From Candidatus Marinacidobacterales bacterium (lineage in GTDB: Bacteria; Acidobacteriota; Vicinamibacteria; Marinacidobacterales; SMYC01), in NCBI GenBank assembly GCA_965224085.1, contig CBDCYI010000004.1:1184001-1248000 (forward strand): a stretch of DNA of 64,000 nucleotides, given 5' to 3'. Shown here piece by piece: positions 49,048-59,648 of this stretch (its first letter is position 1; every line of letters begins with the position of its first letter). The notes below the pieces were generated by a model. That model did no database searches. It was not told the DNA's origin and saw only the letters and a list, made by a program, of their open reading frames with translations. The position numbers and the translations under genes were made by a program.

Positions 49048-49581
49048 ATGGACGCGGACCGAGACGTGCTGGCCCGGTATCTCGACGGTGATGAAAAGGC
49101 ATTCGAAGAGTTGGTCATCCAATATGAAGCCGGGGTTCGAAACCTTGTCTACGGGCTGCTTCGGGACTGGGCGCTCGCCGAAGATGTGGCGCAGGAGACC
49201 TTTCTCACCGCTCATCGCAAGGCCGATACTTATCGTGGAGAAGGAACGGTGCGCGGCTGGCTTTTTCGTATCGCTGTCCGGCGCGCTCACGACGAGTTGC
49301 GGCGTCGCGGCCGCAAGGCCGAAGTGGCGCTCGAAGAGGCGCCCGAGCCGTTCGAGAGCCCACACGAGGGTCTCGAAGCTGGCTGGGATGTCACGGAAGC
49401 GCTCGCGACGCTCTCGCCCGATCATCGTGCGGCGCTAATGCTCAAGGAAATCGAAGGTTTGAGCTATCAAGAGATCGCGGAAGCCATGGATTGGCCGATA
49501 GGAACGGTGGGCACGCATATCCACCGTGCCCGGCTCGAGCTCAAGGCTTTCATGGAGGAGAAGGCACATGGCTTGTCCTGA
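49048..49581 (+). CDS. ECF RNA polymerase sigma factor
   Basis: AFEELV, AEDVAQETF, WLFRIA, GLSYQEIAE...GTV...IHRAR. Confidence 0.92.
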   Translation: MDADRDVLARYLDGDEKAFEELVIQYEAGVRNLVYGLLRDWALAEDVAQETFLTAHRKADTYRGEGTVRGWLFRIAVRRAHDELRRRGRKAEVALEEAPEPFESPHEGLEAGWDVTEALATLSPDHRAALMLKEIEGLSYQEIAEAMDWPIGTVGTHIHRARLELKAFMEEKAHGLS

Positions 49582-49996
49582 AGATCGAATCTCCCTCTGG
49601 CTCGATGGTGAGCTAGTCTTGGAAGCCGAGGCGCGCGAAGTGAGAACCCACGTCGATGGCTGCGCTTCTTGCCAGAAGCTCGTCGAAGCCTTTGGCTCAC
49701 GAACATTGCCGCAGCTCGAGCCCGATCCGTCGTTCATCGTGCGTTTTCGCGCGCGGCGCGACGAGCAGTCGATTGCGCCTTGGTGGACGTGGCGCCAGCT
49801 CGCGCTGCGTCTTTTGCCACTCGCCGCGGCCGTCGTGGGCGCCGCGGTTCTGAGCATCTGGATCGCGGCTTCCTCTTCGGAAAGCTCTCTCCGGGCGCTC
49901 GAGCTCGAGGCGCTCGGCGATCCGGTGGCGTTCGATGCGGAAGCCGAGGCGGTGCTCAGCATTGCCTTCGAGCCTTTTCCTTCAGATATTGAGTAG
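49568..49996 (+). CDS. Zinc-binding (ZAS/zf-HC2) membrane anti-sigma factor
   Basis: WLDGEL...HVDGCASC (HxxxCxxC), one TM helix; overlaps sigma stop. Confidence 0.85.
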   Translation: MACPEDRISLWLDGELVLEAEAREVRTHVDGCASCQKLVEAFGSRTLPQLEPDPSFIVRFRARRDEQSIAPWWTWRQLALRLLPLAAAVVGAAVLSIWIAASSSESSLRALELEALGDPVAFDAEAEAVLSIAFEPFPSDIE

Positions 49997-50013
49997 GAGA
50001 TTAGGAGGTCGAC

Positions 50014-50430
50014 ATGGTGGCTACAGCGAGGAAGTGGATGAGCGTCACGCTCTTGGCGACGCTTTTCATCGGTGTCGGCGCGGGTATTCTCGTCGACCGT
50101 TTTCTTCTCGGGCCGACGGCCTTTGGCGCCGATGTCGAGGGGCGCAGCGGACGGGGCGGCGACCACCGCGACCATGGCCGTCATATGGTCGAGCGGCTCG
50201 AGGAGCGGCTCGACCTCGAGTCGGACCAAGTGGCCGAGCTCGAAGCCGTCGTGAATCGGCACCACGAGACCGCGCGCGCGTTTTGGAAAGATTCGCGCAG
50301 CCAGTTCGAGACGCTACGCGTGCGAATCCGGCACGATATTCGTGAGCTTCTGACCGAAGAGCAGAAAGTGGAGTTCGACACGATGGTTGCAGAATACGAG
50401 TCCACTAGGGAGCACAGGCGTGAGCGATAA
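50014..50430 (+). CDS. Periplasmic helical Spy/CpxP/ZraP-like accessory protein
   Basis: N-terminal TM/signal, DHRDHGRH, LDLESDQ and LLTEEQ (LTXXQ) motifs. Confidence 0.7.
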   Translation: MVATARKWMSVTLLATLFIGVGAGILVDRFLLGPTAFGADVEGRSGRGGDHRDHGRHMVERLEERLDLESDQVAELEAVVNRHHETARAFWKDSRSQFETLRVRIRHDIRELLTEEQKVEFDTMVAEYESTREHRRER

Positions 50431-53400
50431 AGAGCACATCAACCCCATCGCCAAGTTTGCCGTCGAGCGGCGGGTGACGATGACGATGGCGGTCTTCGGC
50501 ATTTTTGTTCTCGGCTACTTGTCGCTGACGCGACTCCCGCTCGAGTTCATGCCGAGCTTTTCCTCGAACAGCATGTGGGTGCGCGCGCCCTACGCCTCCT
50601 CGTCTCCCGAGGAGGTCGAGCGGCTCATCGTGCGGCCCATCGAAGACATCATCGGGACCGTCAACGGTATCGACACGCTGAGCGCCACCGCTTCCGCCAC
50701 CGAAGGCAGCGTCAATATCACCTTCAAAGACAACGTGGATATGGATCTCGCCGCTGTCGAAGTGCGCGACCGCATCGATCGCGTGCGCCATTTGCTCCCC
50801 GACGATCTGCGCCGGATTCGCATTCGTCGCTTCCAGAGCACCGACATCCCTATATTTCGTTTTCACTTGAGCACCGAATGGGACAAGGATCGCTTCTACG
50901 ACTTTACCGAGCAAGTCGTGCAGCGGCGCCTCGAGCGGCTCGAGGGGGTAGCCTCGGTCGAGGTGCGCGGCATCAGAAAGCGCGAGCTCCAAGTGCAGAT
51001 CCGGCCGAGCCGCTTGCAAGCCGCCGGCCTCGACGCGCGTGACGTCACCAGCGTTTTGCGGAACAACCATGCGAACGTTTCGGGCGGCTACATCAAGGAA
51101 GGCCCGCGCAAGCTCATCGTACGCTCGGTCGGGGAGTTTCGAACCGTCGAGGAGGTCGAGACGCTTCCGATCGGCTCTTCCGGTGTACGCATAAAAGACG
51201 TTGCCGACGTCTCCTACACCTACCCGCGGCAAGACAACTTCAACTTTCTCAACGACAATGAGGCCGTTACACTCAGCGTTTTCAAGGCCTCGACGGCGAA
51301 CCTTCTCGCCGTCGTCGACGGAGCGAAAGCGGAGCTCGAAGCAATTAAGGCGATGCGGTCGGCCGAAGGCCTCGAGACGCGCATCTTGATGGACTCCTCC
51401 GTTGACGTGCGTCAGGGGCTCGGACAGCTGCGCAATGCCGGGCTTCTCGGGGGCGTTCTCGCCGTCGTCTTCCTTTTCCTCTTCCTCCGGAAGCTTCGGA
51501 CGACAGCGCTCGTCGCCATCTCGATCCCCATCTCGATCATCCTGACCTTCGTCATCTTGTACTTCTTGCGACAGCTCGGCTTGGTGACGACGACAATCAA
51601 CGTCGTGAGCTTGATGGGACTCATGCTCGCGGTCGGGATGCTCGTAGACAACTCGGTCGTGGTCATCGAGTCGATTTCGCGCCACTTCACGGATCTTGAC
51701 GAGGACCCGCGGACGGCGGCCCTCCGAGGCACCTCGGCGGTGGCGATGCCCATCATCGCGTCCACGCTCACGACCATGTGTGTGTTCATCCCCATGATCT
51801 TTCTCGCGACGACAGGCGGCGGGTTCATGCGCTTCATGCTCGATATCGGCATCACCATCTGTATCGTGATGGTGTCGTCGCTTCTCGTTGCGCTGACAGT
51901 CGTGCCGATGGTGGCGTCCATTCTGCTCGGCGGTGAGACCAAGAAAGAGTCGAAGCTCACCGAGGCGCTCGAGACGGGCTATGGCCACGTCATCGGCTTC
52001 ACGTTGAAGCACCGCCTCTTGTTCTTCCTAGTTATCGTCGGGATGCTCTACGGATCCTACGAGCTTCTCGGGACGATCGAAAGGACGTTCTCTCCTCGCA
52101 CGATGGCCCGGCAGATCTCCATCAACGTCGATACGCCGCGCTCCTACTCGCTCGATCAGACCCGGAAGCTCCACGCGGAAGTCGCCACGATCCTCAACGA
52201 GAACCAGGAAGAGCTCGACATTTCAGACGTCGTCTACCGCTATAGCCGCACCGGCGGACGCTCCCGGGGAGGCTTTCGCGGGAGCCGCAAAGTCGACATC
52301 TATCTCGTCGACGAGGAAGAGGCGAAGCGCCCCGTGCGCGAGATCCGAGACGCGATCCGCGAACTTCTGCCGATGAAAGCGGGCGTCAATTTCAAAATCG
52401 CCCAGAGCACGGGCCATGGGGGGCATGGCGGCGGCAGCTTCGGCGTCAATCTGGACCTCAAGGGCGACGACATGGCTGTGCTCGAGCTAGTGGCCGAGCG
52501 CGTCGTGACCGCTCTCGAGGACACATCCTGGGCGCGCGACGTCGACAGCACGCTCGACAGCGGCACCGACGAGATTCGTGTGAGCGTCGATCGTGAGCGT
52601 GCGCTTGCTTCTGGGCTTTCGACCCAAGCGGTGGCCTTTTCTATCTCGAACGCGCTGTCTTCCCGCCCGATCAGCCAGATCGCTGCGGACGATCGGGAAG
52701 TCGACCTCGTCGTGCAGTTCCGGGAGGAGGACCGCTCGACACTGGATCAGCTAAAGAAGGTGCCGATCATGTCGAGCGCGGCGGCGCTTCCCATCGGGGC
52801 GATGGCCGATTTCGAGATACAACAGGGGCCGCGGCGTATCGAGCGCGAAGACAAAAGGCCCAAGCTCAGCATCACCGCCAATACCAACACGGCCGGCGCG
52901 TCGTTCCGCATGCAGGGCCAAGTCAGCGAGATTATGAACAGCATCAGCTTGCCTCTGGGCTACGAATGGGGCTTCGGGCGCAGCTGGGGCCGCGCCCAGC
53001 AGGACTGGGGGAGCGCGCTCTTCGCGTTCATCTTCGCGCTCGCTTTGATCTATTTGATCATGGCGGCTCTTTTCGAGAGCTTCGTCCAGCCTTTCACGAT
53101 CATGTTCGCCATTCCGTTCGCTTTCATCGGCGTCGGGATCGTGTTGAAGCTCACGAGTCAGCCGCTCGACAACATGGCGAATATGGGGCTCATCATTCTC
53201 GTCGGGGTCGTCGTCAACAACGCTATCGTGCTCATCGCCCACATCAATCATCTGAGATGGCAAGGTGTTTCGCGCGACGAAGCCATCATGCTTGGCGGGA
53301 GGCACCGTTTGCGGCCCATCTTGATGACGGCGCTCACAACGATTCTCGGTTTGTTTCCGATGGTCGCCCCGCTCATCTTCCCTGGTTTTCTAGGGAACGC

Positions 53401-53554
53401 GGAAGGCCGTGCCGGCAACTGGGCGCCCGTCGGGCTGGTCATTCTCGCGGGACTCACGACGTCGACCTTTCTGACGCTCGTGATCATCCCGACAATTTAT
53501 TCGCTGGTGGATGACATCACGCGATTTTTTGGAAAGATTGTTCGAGCGGCTTGA
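50420..53554 (+). CDS. RND efflux permease (AcrB/AcrD/AcrF family) #1
   Basis: SSPEEVE, GMLVDNSVVVIE, ASTLTT..VF.P, ALFESF..PF.I, VVNNAIV, RLRPILMT. Confidence 0.93.
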   Translation: MSDKEHINPIAKFAVERRVTMTMAVFGIFVLGYLSLTRLPLEFMPSFSSNSMWVRAPYASSSPEEVERLIVRPIEDIIGTVNGIDTLSATASATEGSVNITFKDNVDMDLAAVEVRDRIDRVRHLLPDDLRRIRIRRFQSTDIPIFRFHLSTEWDKDRFYDFTEQVVQRRLERLEGVASVEVRGIRKRELQVQIRPSRLQAAGLDARDVTSVLRNNHANVSGGYIKEGPRKLIVRSVGEFRTVEEVETLPIGSSGVRIKDVADVSYTYPRQDNFNFLNDNEAVTLSVFKASTANLLAVVDGAKAELEAIKAMRSAEGLETRILMDSSVDVRQGLGQLRNAGLLGGVLAVVFLFLFLRKLRTTALVAISIPISIILTFVILYFLRQLGLVTTTINVVSLMGLMLAVGMLVDNSVVVIESISRHFTDLDEDPRTAALRGTSAVAMPIIASTLTTMCVFIPMIFLATTGGGFMRFMLDIGITICIVMVSSLLVALTVVPMVASILLGGETKKESKLTEALETGYGHVIGFTLKHRLLFFLVIVGMLYGSYELLGTIERTFSPRTMARQISINVDTPRSYSLDQTRKLHAEVATILNENQEELDISDVVYRYSRTGGRSRGGFRGSRKVDIYLVDEEEAKRPVREIRDAIRELLPMKAGVNFKIAQSTGHGGHGGGSFGVNLDLKGDDMAVLELVAERVVTALEDTSWARDVDSTLDSGTDEIRVSVDRERALASGLSTQAVAFSISNALSSRPISQIAADDREVDLVVQFREEDRSTLDQLKKVPIMSSAAALPIGAMADFEIQQGPRRIEREDKRPKLSITANTNTAGASFRMQGQVSEIMNSISLPLGYEWGFGRSWGRAQQDWGSALFAFIFALALIYLIMAALFESFVQPFTIMFAIPFAFIGVGIVLKLTSQPLDNMANMGLIILVGVVVNNAIVLIAHINHLRWQGVSRDEAIMLGGRHRLRPILMTALTTILGLFPMVAPLIFPGFLGNAEGRAGNWAPVGLVILAGLTTSTFLTLVIIPTIYSLVDDITRFFGKIVRAA

Positions 53555-53574
53555 GCCCAGTGTATTTGAGGTTG

Positions 53575-54933
53575 ATGACGAAAGCTAGACGGGTACTTGT
53601 GATGGTGGCTGCGGTCGCGGCGGCGGGTTTTCTCTCCAGCGCTTGCGGAGGCAGCTCTCCCGACGAGGGCGGTCCTCCCGGAGGACGCTTCAGAGGCCGC
53701 CCGGGGGAAAGAGGCGGCCCCGGTGGACACGGCGGCGGGCCAGAAGGCATGGTTGGACCTCCGGGCGAAAGTCGTTCGGCGGCCGTTCCCGTTGAAGTCG
53801 CCTCGATCGAGAGGCGCTCGGTGTCGTCCTTTCTCGAGACGAATGGAAGCCTCGAAGCCGAGAACGACGTGCAGATCGTCGCGCGCACCCAAGGTCCCAT
53901 CGTAGAGCTCTTGGCGGAAGAAGGCATGCGCCTCAAAAAGGGAGAGGTCATGCTGCGGATCGACGAGACCGAGCTTCGTGCTCAAGTCGAGATCGCGAAA
54001 GTCGCGCTGAAGGACGCGACCCGCGCGCACGAGCGTGCTACCGCGGCCCGTGAGAGCGAGATCATTTCGCAAGAGGTGTACGACGCCGCTCTCGCGCAGC
54101 TCGAGTCCGCGCAAGCGCAGCTCATGGGCGCCGAGATTCTCTATGACTACACGGAAGTCGCCGCGCCTTTCGACGGGATCGTCGTCGACCGCCTCGTGAA
54201 GCTGGCAGAGAACGTGTCGCCGAACCAGCAGCTCTTTCGATTCTCCGAATTCGTTCCTCTTCTGTGCAAGATTCAGGTGCCCGAGAAAGAGCTCTCGCGG
54301 CTTCGAAAAGGGCAGATGGCCTATCTGAACGTCGAAGCCTGGCCTGGCCAGCGTTTCGAAGCGAGGGTTCTGCGGGTAAGCCCCGTCGTCGACGCGACGA
54401 CGGGCACCATCCGTGTCACGCTCCAAGTGCGCGCGCGGGGCAAGCTGAGCCCCGGTATGTTTGCGAGCGTCTTCCTCGTGACCGACACCCACGACAATGC
54501 TGTCGTCATGCCGAAGCGCGCGCTCTCGATCGAAAGTCTCAGCGATACCGTCTTCGTCGCGGAAGACGGCCAGGCCGTCCGCCGTGACATCGAGCTCGGT
54601 TACGAAGAAACCGATATCGTGGAAGTCGTCTCCGGCCTTCGAGCCGGCGAGCGTGTCATCGTGGTCGGTCAAGACGGCCTAACAGACGGCACCCCGGTGC
54701 AAGTCCTAAAAGGCCCAGGCGCTCGAGAAATGACCACCGCCCAAAATGAAGGCGAAAGCTTCGAACGCCCCCCCGGCGCGGGGCGCCCTGGAGGAGGTGG
54801 ACACCACCGCCCCGACTTCTCCAACATGACCAAAGAGCAGCTAGAGCGCGTAAAAAGCCGCATGCGAGAACGAGGCATGACCGACGAACAAATCGATCAA
54901 GCCATAAAACGCCGCCAAGAAGCCCAGCACTGA
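53575..54933 (+). CDS. RND periplasmic adaptor (membrane fusion protein), lipoprotein
   Basis: LSSAC lipobox, APFDGIV, SPVVDATTGT, L.PGMFA, SGL..GERVIV.GQ; Gly-rich N and C extensions. Confidence 0.9.
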   Translation: MTKARRVLVMVAAVAAAGFLSSACGGSSPDEGGPPGGRFRGRPGERGGPGGHGGGPEGMVGPPGESRSAAVPVEVASIERRSVSSFLETNGSLEAENDVQIVARTQGPIVELLAEEGMRLKKGEVMLRIDETELRAQVEIAKVALKDATRAHERATAARESEIISQEVYDAALAQLESAQAQLMGAEILYDYTEVAAPFDGIVVDRLVKLAENVSPNQQLFRFSEFVPLLCKIQVPEKELSRLRKGQMAYLNVEAWPGQRFEARVLRVSPVVDATTGTIRVTLQVRARGKLSPGMFASVFLVTDTHDNAVVMPKRALSIESLSDTVFVAEDGQAVRRDIELGYEETDIVEVVSGLRAGERVIVVGQDGLTDGTPVQVLKGPGAREMTTAQNEGESFERPPGAGRPGGGGHHRPDFSNMTKEQLERVKSRMRERGMTDEQIDQAIKRRQEAQH

Positions 54934-54981
54934 GCATCGAAACGCGATCGTAAATGCTGAATCCTGAACCCTGAGCCCGAA

Positions 54982-57900
54982 ATGCGGATAGTCCACTTCT
55001 CAACGCGCCGCCCCGTCACTATCCTAGTGTTCTTCATCGCCGCGGTTGTCTTCGGTGTCGTCGCGTTCCGTGACCTCGCTGTCGACCTCCTTCCTGAGAT
55101 AACTTACCCATCCGTCACTGTCCGAACCGAGTTCGAGGGCACGGCGCCCTCCGAGGTGGAGAGCCTCATCACAAAACCCATCGAGAACGCGGTCGGCGTC
55201 GTCAACAACGTCGTGCGCGTCATCTCGAGCTCTCGCTCCGACACGAGTGAAGTCACGCTCGAGTTTGGTTGGGACGCCAACATGGACATGGCGGCGCTCG
55301 ATGTGCGCGAGCGCCTCGACCTCGTCGTTCTCCCCGACGACGCCGACCGGCCCGTGCTTCTGCGCTACGATCCCTCGCTCGATCCGATCATGCGGCTCGG
55401 GCTCCACGGCGACGAGGATCTCATCCGTTTACGACTCATTGGCGAGCAGGAGGTCAAAAGGTTCCTCGAGCGCGTGGAAGGTGTCGCGGCGGTACTCGTG
55501 AGCGGCGGGCTCGAAGAAGAGATCCATATCGAGATCGATGAGCGTCGCCTTTCGAATCTCGGAGTGAGTGTCGCGCAAGTGGTTGCGCGTCTCGCCGCCG
55601 AGAACGTGAACTTGACGGGCGGACGGCTTCAGGACGGGCAGACGGAATATCTCGTCCGTACTATCAACGAGTTCGAGCGCCCGTCGGACATGCGGCACAT
55701 CGTCATCGACAGCGCGCGCCGCGACATCCGTCTCGAAGATGTTGCGCTCATCACGCGTGGGCACAAAGAACGTGAGGTCATAAGCCGCATCGATGGCCGC
55801 GAAGCGGTCGAGATCGCGATCTACAAAGAAGGCGGCACGAACACGGTTATGGTCGCGCAAGCCGTCAAAGAGCGCGTGGAGCTTCTCGAGAACCGGCTCG
55901 AGCGTCTCGGCGAAGGTCTCGAGCTCCAGCTCATCACGGACCAGTCGCGTTACATAAGCCAGTCGGTCTCCGAAGTGCTGCAAACCGCGTTCATCGGCGG
56001 TGGGCTCGCGATCTTGATCCTCATGCTCTTTCTGCGGGACTTGAAGTCGACGATCATCATCGGTATCTCGATCCCCGTCTCCGTCGTGGCGACGTTTTTT
56101 CTCATGTTCGTCTCGGGCATCTCGCTCAACATTATGTCGCTCGGCGGCATCACGCTCGGCATCGGGCTTCTCGTGGACAACTCGATCGTCGTGCTCGAAG
56201 CCATCCAGAGAAAGCGCGAGGACGGGCTCGACATCGTCGAAGCGGCGCGCGCGGGCGCGGGTGAAGTCGGCCAGGCGGTCATCGCGAGCACGATGACGAC
56301 CGTTTGTGTCTTCGTCCCTATCGTCTTCGTCGAAGGAGTCGCGGGCCAGCTCTTTGGCGATCAAGCTTTGGCCGTCACCTTCTCTCTGACGGTGTCGCTC
56401 TTCGTCGCGCTGACCTTGATCCCGATGCTCGCCTCGCGCAAGTTCGGCGCGGCGCCCAAAGAAGATGTGCCCGAGCACCACCGCTCGAAGATCGCTAAGC
56501 TCGTCATAGCCGTCGTGGGCTTCGTCGGACTCTTCATAGCCCGGCTCGTCAAATGGATCGTGAAGGGTTCGACTTACGTGCTCCTCGCCGTTTTGTTCGT
56601 GCCGTCGAAGATCTTTCACGTGTTCTATGGAGCCGTGAGCGACGGCTATCCGCGCGTGCAGGCTGCGGTGCTCGGGCGGCCCTATCCCTTCATCGGCGTC
56701 ACGCTGCTCGTCTTCGCGTCCTCGCTTCTGCTCCTGGACAAGCTGGGGAGCGAGCTCGTCCCCGAGCTGGTGCAAGGCGAGTTCTTCGTCAACACAGAGC
56801 TTCCGCCCGGCACCCACCTGGAGCTCAACGAAAAACGGATGCAGCTTCTGGAACGAGAAGCGATGAATCTCGAGGGGATTACTTCCGTCTACACCGTCAT
56901 TGGCTCGAGCAACGAGCAAGGCGGAACGGCGGGTGAGCTTCGAGAGAATATCGGCCAGCTCACGATGACGGTGTCACCGCCGTCGAGCTTGCAACGAGAA
57001 GAGGAGCTGATGGAGCTCATCCGTCCCTCGCTCGAAGCCGAGGAGAACATGCTCTACCGCTTCGGCCGGCCGACTTATTTCAGCTTCAAGACGCCGATCG
57101 AAGTGGAGATCCGTGGCTTCAACTTGAACCTTCTCACGCGGCTCGCCGACGAGCTCATGGCGCGGGTGGAGACGATTCCGGGGCTCGTCGATATCAAGTC
57201 CTCGACCGAGGGTGGAAACCCCGAGCTCCAAATTCGATTCGATCGTGACCGCCTCGCGACGCTCGGCTACAACGTGATGGAGGTCGCGTCCCTCGTACGG
57301 TCCAAAGTGCTCGGGGACGTGGCGACGGACATCACGCGCGAGGATCGCACGATCGACATCCGGCTGCGGGCGCAGCAGCAGTTCCGAGACAGCGCACGTG
57401 ATTTGCGGAACCTGAACATCGCCCAGACAGGCACGACGCCCATACCCCTTTCTTCGGTGGCGACGGTGGAGGAGACGGAAGGACCTGCTGAGATCCGGCG
57501 ATCGGACGGTGAGCGCGTAGCCGTCATTACTGCAAACCTGGTCGAACGCGATCTGGCTTCCGCGTCCGCGGCAATCGAAGCGCAGATCGGCGAGATGACG
57601 CTGCCCATGGGTTTCGACTGGCGCATGGGCGGCCAGCAGCAGGAAATGGAGACCTCGTTCGAGAGCATGCGCTTCGCCATCCTACTCGCGGTCTTCATGG
57701 TCTATCTCGTGATGGCGTCCCAGTTCGAATCGCTCCTCCACCCGTTCGTCATTCTCTTCAGCGTACCGTTCTCGCTCGTGGGGGTGCTCGTCACGCTCTA
57801 TCTACTGAACGTGACGGTGAGCGTCGTCGTTCTCATCGGCGTCATCATGCTCGCCGGCATCGTCGTGAACAACGCGATCATCCTCGTCGATACGACGAAC

Positions 57901-58149
57901 CGGCTGAGACGGGGAGGCCAGGCCAAGGTGGAGGCTTTGAAACAAGCCGGCAAGCTTCGGCTGCGGCCGATCTTGATGACCACCTCGACGACGGTGCTCG
58001 GGCTGCTGCCGATGGCCGTCGGGCTCGGCGAAGGGAGCGAGCTCCGGGCTCCGATGGCGATTACCGTCATCGGCGGCTTGCTGGTCTCGACCGTGCTGAC
58101 ACTCCTGATCATCCCGGCGGTCTATGCCGTCGTCGACCGCACGGCGTAA
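54982..58149 (+). CDS. RND efflux permease #2
   Basis: RRPVT, APSEVE..ITKPIE, GLLVDNSIVVLE, MASQFES..HPF, VVNNAI, RLRPILMT, PMAITVIGGL. Confidence 0.93.
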   Translation: MRIVHFSTRRPVTILVFFIAAVVFGVVAFRDLAVDLLPEITYPSVTVRTEFEGTAPSEVESLITKPIENAVGVVNNVVRVISSSRSDTSEVTLEFGWDANMDMAALDVRERLDLVVLPDDADRPVLLRYDPSLDPIMRLGLHGDEDLIRLRLIGEQEVKRFLERVEGVAAVLVSGGLEEEIHIEIDERRLSNLGVSVAQVVARLAAENVNLTGGRLQDGQTEYLVRTINEFERPSDMRHIVIDSARRDIRLEDVALITRGHKEREVISRIDGREAVEIAIYKEGGTNTVMVAQAVKERVELLENRLERLGEGLELQLITDQSRYISQSVSEVLQTAFIGGGLAILILMLFLRDLKSTIIIGISIPVSVVATFFLMFVSGISLNIMSLGGITLGIGLLVDNSIVVLEAIQRKREDGLDIVEAARAGAGEVGQAVIASTMTTVCVFVPIVFVEGVAGQLFGDQALAVTFSLTVSLFVALTLIPMLASRKFGAAPKEDVPEHHRSKIAKLVIAVVGFVGLFIARLVKWIVKGSTYVLLAVLFVPSKIFHVFYGAVSDGYPRVQAAVLGRPYPFIGVTLLVFASSLLLLDKLGSELVPELVQGEFFVNTELPPGTHLELNEKRMQLLEREAMNLEGITSVYTVIGSSNEQGGTAGELRENIGQLTMTVSPPSSLQREEELMELIRPSLEAEENMLYRFGRPTYFSFKTPIEVEIRGFNLNLLTRLADELMARVETIPGLVDIKSSTEGGNPELQIRFDRDRLATLGYNVMEVASLVRSKVLGDVATDITREDRTIDIRLRAQQQFRDSARDLRNLNIAQTGTTPIPLSSVATVEETEGPAEIRRSDGERVAVITANLVERDLASASAAIEAQIGEMTLPMGFDWRMGGQQQEMETSFESMRFAILLAVFMVYLVMASQFESLLHPFVILFSVPFSLVGVLVTLYLLNVTVSVVVLIGVIMLAGIVVNNAIILVDTTNRLRRGGQAKVEALKQAGKLRLRPILMTTSTTVLGLLPMAVGLGEGSELRAPMAITVIGGLLVSTVLTLLIIPAVYAVVDRTA

Positions 58150-58237
58150 TTCATCACGTACGGGCCCGGTCGGCTATTCTCCGCAGGTATAATTCGATGA
58201 GTAGAGAAAGAGTTCACAGATCGGAGCCGTACCTCCT

Positions 58238-59644
58238 ATGCCAATTGGTACAAACGAGCATCCTCTTCGTGTTGCGATCATCGGGTCGGGGCCTACGGGC
58301 TTTTACACAGCGGAGCACTTGTTCAAGCAGAAAGACTATGTGTTCGAGGTCGATCTCTACGATCGGCTGCCGACGCCGTTCGGGCTCGTACGCGGCGGGG
58401 TCGCGCCGGACCACCAGAAGATCAAATCGGTCACCAAAGCCTATGACCGCGTCGCGTCCAACCCTCGATTCCGATATTACGGCTATGTCGAGTTCGGCAC
58501 GGACGTGAAGCTCGACGATTTGCAGAAGCACTACTATCAGATCGTATTTACCGTGGGCGCGCAAATCGACCGCAGCATGGGCATCCCCGGAGAAGATTTA
58601 GGGCGGAGCCACGCGGCCACCGAGTTCGTCGCTTGGTACAACGGTCATCCCGATTACACAGACCGGAAGTTCGATCTCTCACAGGAATCCGTCGCCGTTG
58701 TGGGCGTCGGTAACGTGGCCGTCGACGTTTGCCGCATCCTTTGCCGTGGCCGCGAGGAGCTCGCGCGCACGGACATCGCCGACTACGCGCTCGAAGCGAT
58801 CGCGAACAGCAACGTCAAGACGGTCTACATGCTCGGCCGCCGCGGTCCGGCGCAAGCGGCCTTCACCAATCCCGAGATCAAAGAGCTCGGTGAGCTTCTA
58901 ATCGCGGATATTAGAGTGCCTGAGCGAGACGCGTCCATCGGTGAGGCGACGAAGGCCTTCATGGCCAAAAACCCCGACAAGGGGACCGATCGCAAAGTCG
59001 AGATCCTCCAGAAATACGCTGAGGAGAAGCGCTCGGGCAAACCGAAAACGCTCGTTCTTCGATTTTGCGTCTCGCCCACCGAGCTCATCGCGGGCGACGA
59101 CGGTGGCGTCGCCAAGATCAAGCTGGTGAAGAACGAGCTTTACTTGAACGAGCGAGGGACCGTTCGGCCGCGGGCGACTGAGACGGGGAGTGAGGAAATC
59201 GAGGCGGGTCTAGTCTTTCGCTCGGTCGGCTATTACGGGGTGGCGCTCCCGGACGTTCCATTTCGCGAGGATTGGGGTGTGATCCCCAACGAGAAAGGAC
59301 GCGTTTTGGCGCACGCGTCCAAGCCCGACGCGGTTCCTGGGCTTTATTGCGCGGGCTGGATCAAGCGAGGGCCTTCCGGTGTCATCGGCACCAACAAACC
59401 CGACGCGCTCGAGACGGTGCGGTGCATGTTGGAAGATGTTGTGAGCGGCAAGCATTTCACGCCCAAGGCCCCTTCCGGGAACGCAGCGCGCGACCTCGTG
59501 CACGAGCGCAAGCCGAACTACTTCTCTTACGCCGATTGGAAGAAGCTCGATGAGCTCGAGGTCGCGAATGCCGAAGGGACGGAGCGCCCGCGGGTAAAGT
59601 TCACGAGTTTCGAGGAGATGCTGGCGGCGCTCGGTCGCAGCTGA
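58238..59644 (+). CDS. Ferredoxin-NADP+ reductase, adrenodoxin reductase/FprA-like
   Basis: IIGSGPTG, PFGLVRGGVAPDH, FVAWYNGHP, GVGNVAVD, GRRGPAQAAFT, GWIKRGPSGVIGTNK. Confidence 0.9.
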   Translation: MPIGTNEHPLRVAIIGSGPTGFYTAEHLFKQKDYVFEVDLYDRLPTPFGLVRGGVAPDHQKIKSVTKAYDRVASNPRFRYYGYVEFGTDVKLDDLQKHYYQIVFTVGAQIDRSMGIPGEDLGRSHAATEFVAWYNGHPDYTDRKFDLSQESVAVVGVGNVAVDVCRILCRGREELARTDIADYALEAIANSNVKTVYMLGRRGPAQAAFTNPEIKELGELLIADIRVPERDASIGEATKAFMAKNPDKGTDRKVEILQKYAEEKRSGKPKTLVLRFCVSPTELIAGDDGGVAKIKLVKNELYLNERGTVRPRATETGSEEIEAGLVFRSVGYYGVALPDVPFREDWGVIPNEKGRVLAHASKPDAVPGLYCAGWIKRGPSGVIGTNKPDALETVRCMLEDVVSGKHFTPKAPSGNAARDLVHERKPNYFSYADWKKLDELEVANAEGTERPRVKFTSFEEMLAALGRS

Positions 59645-59648
59645 TCGG

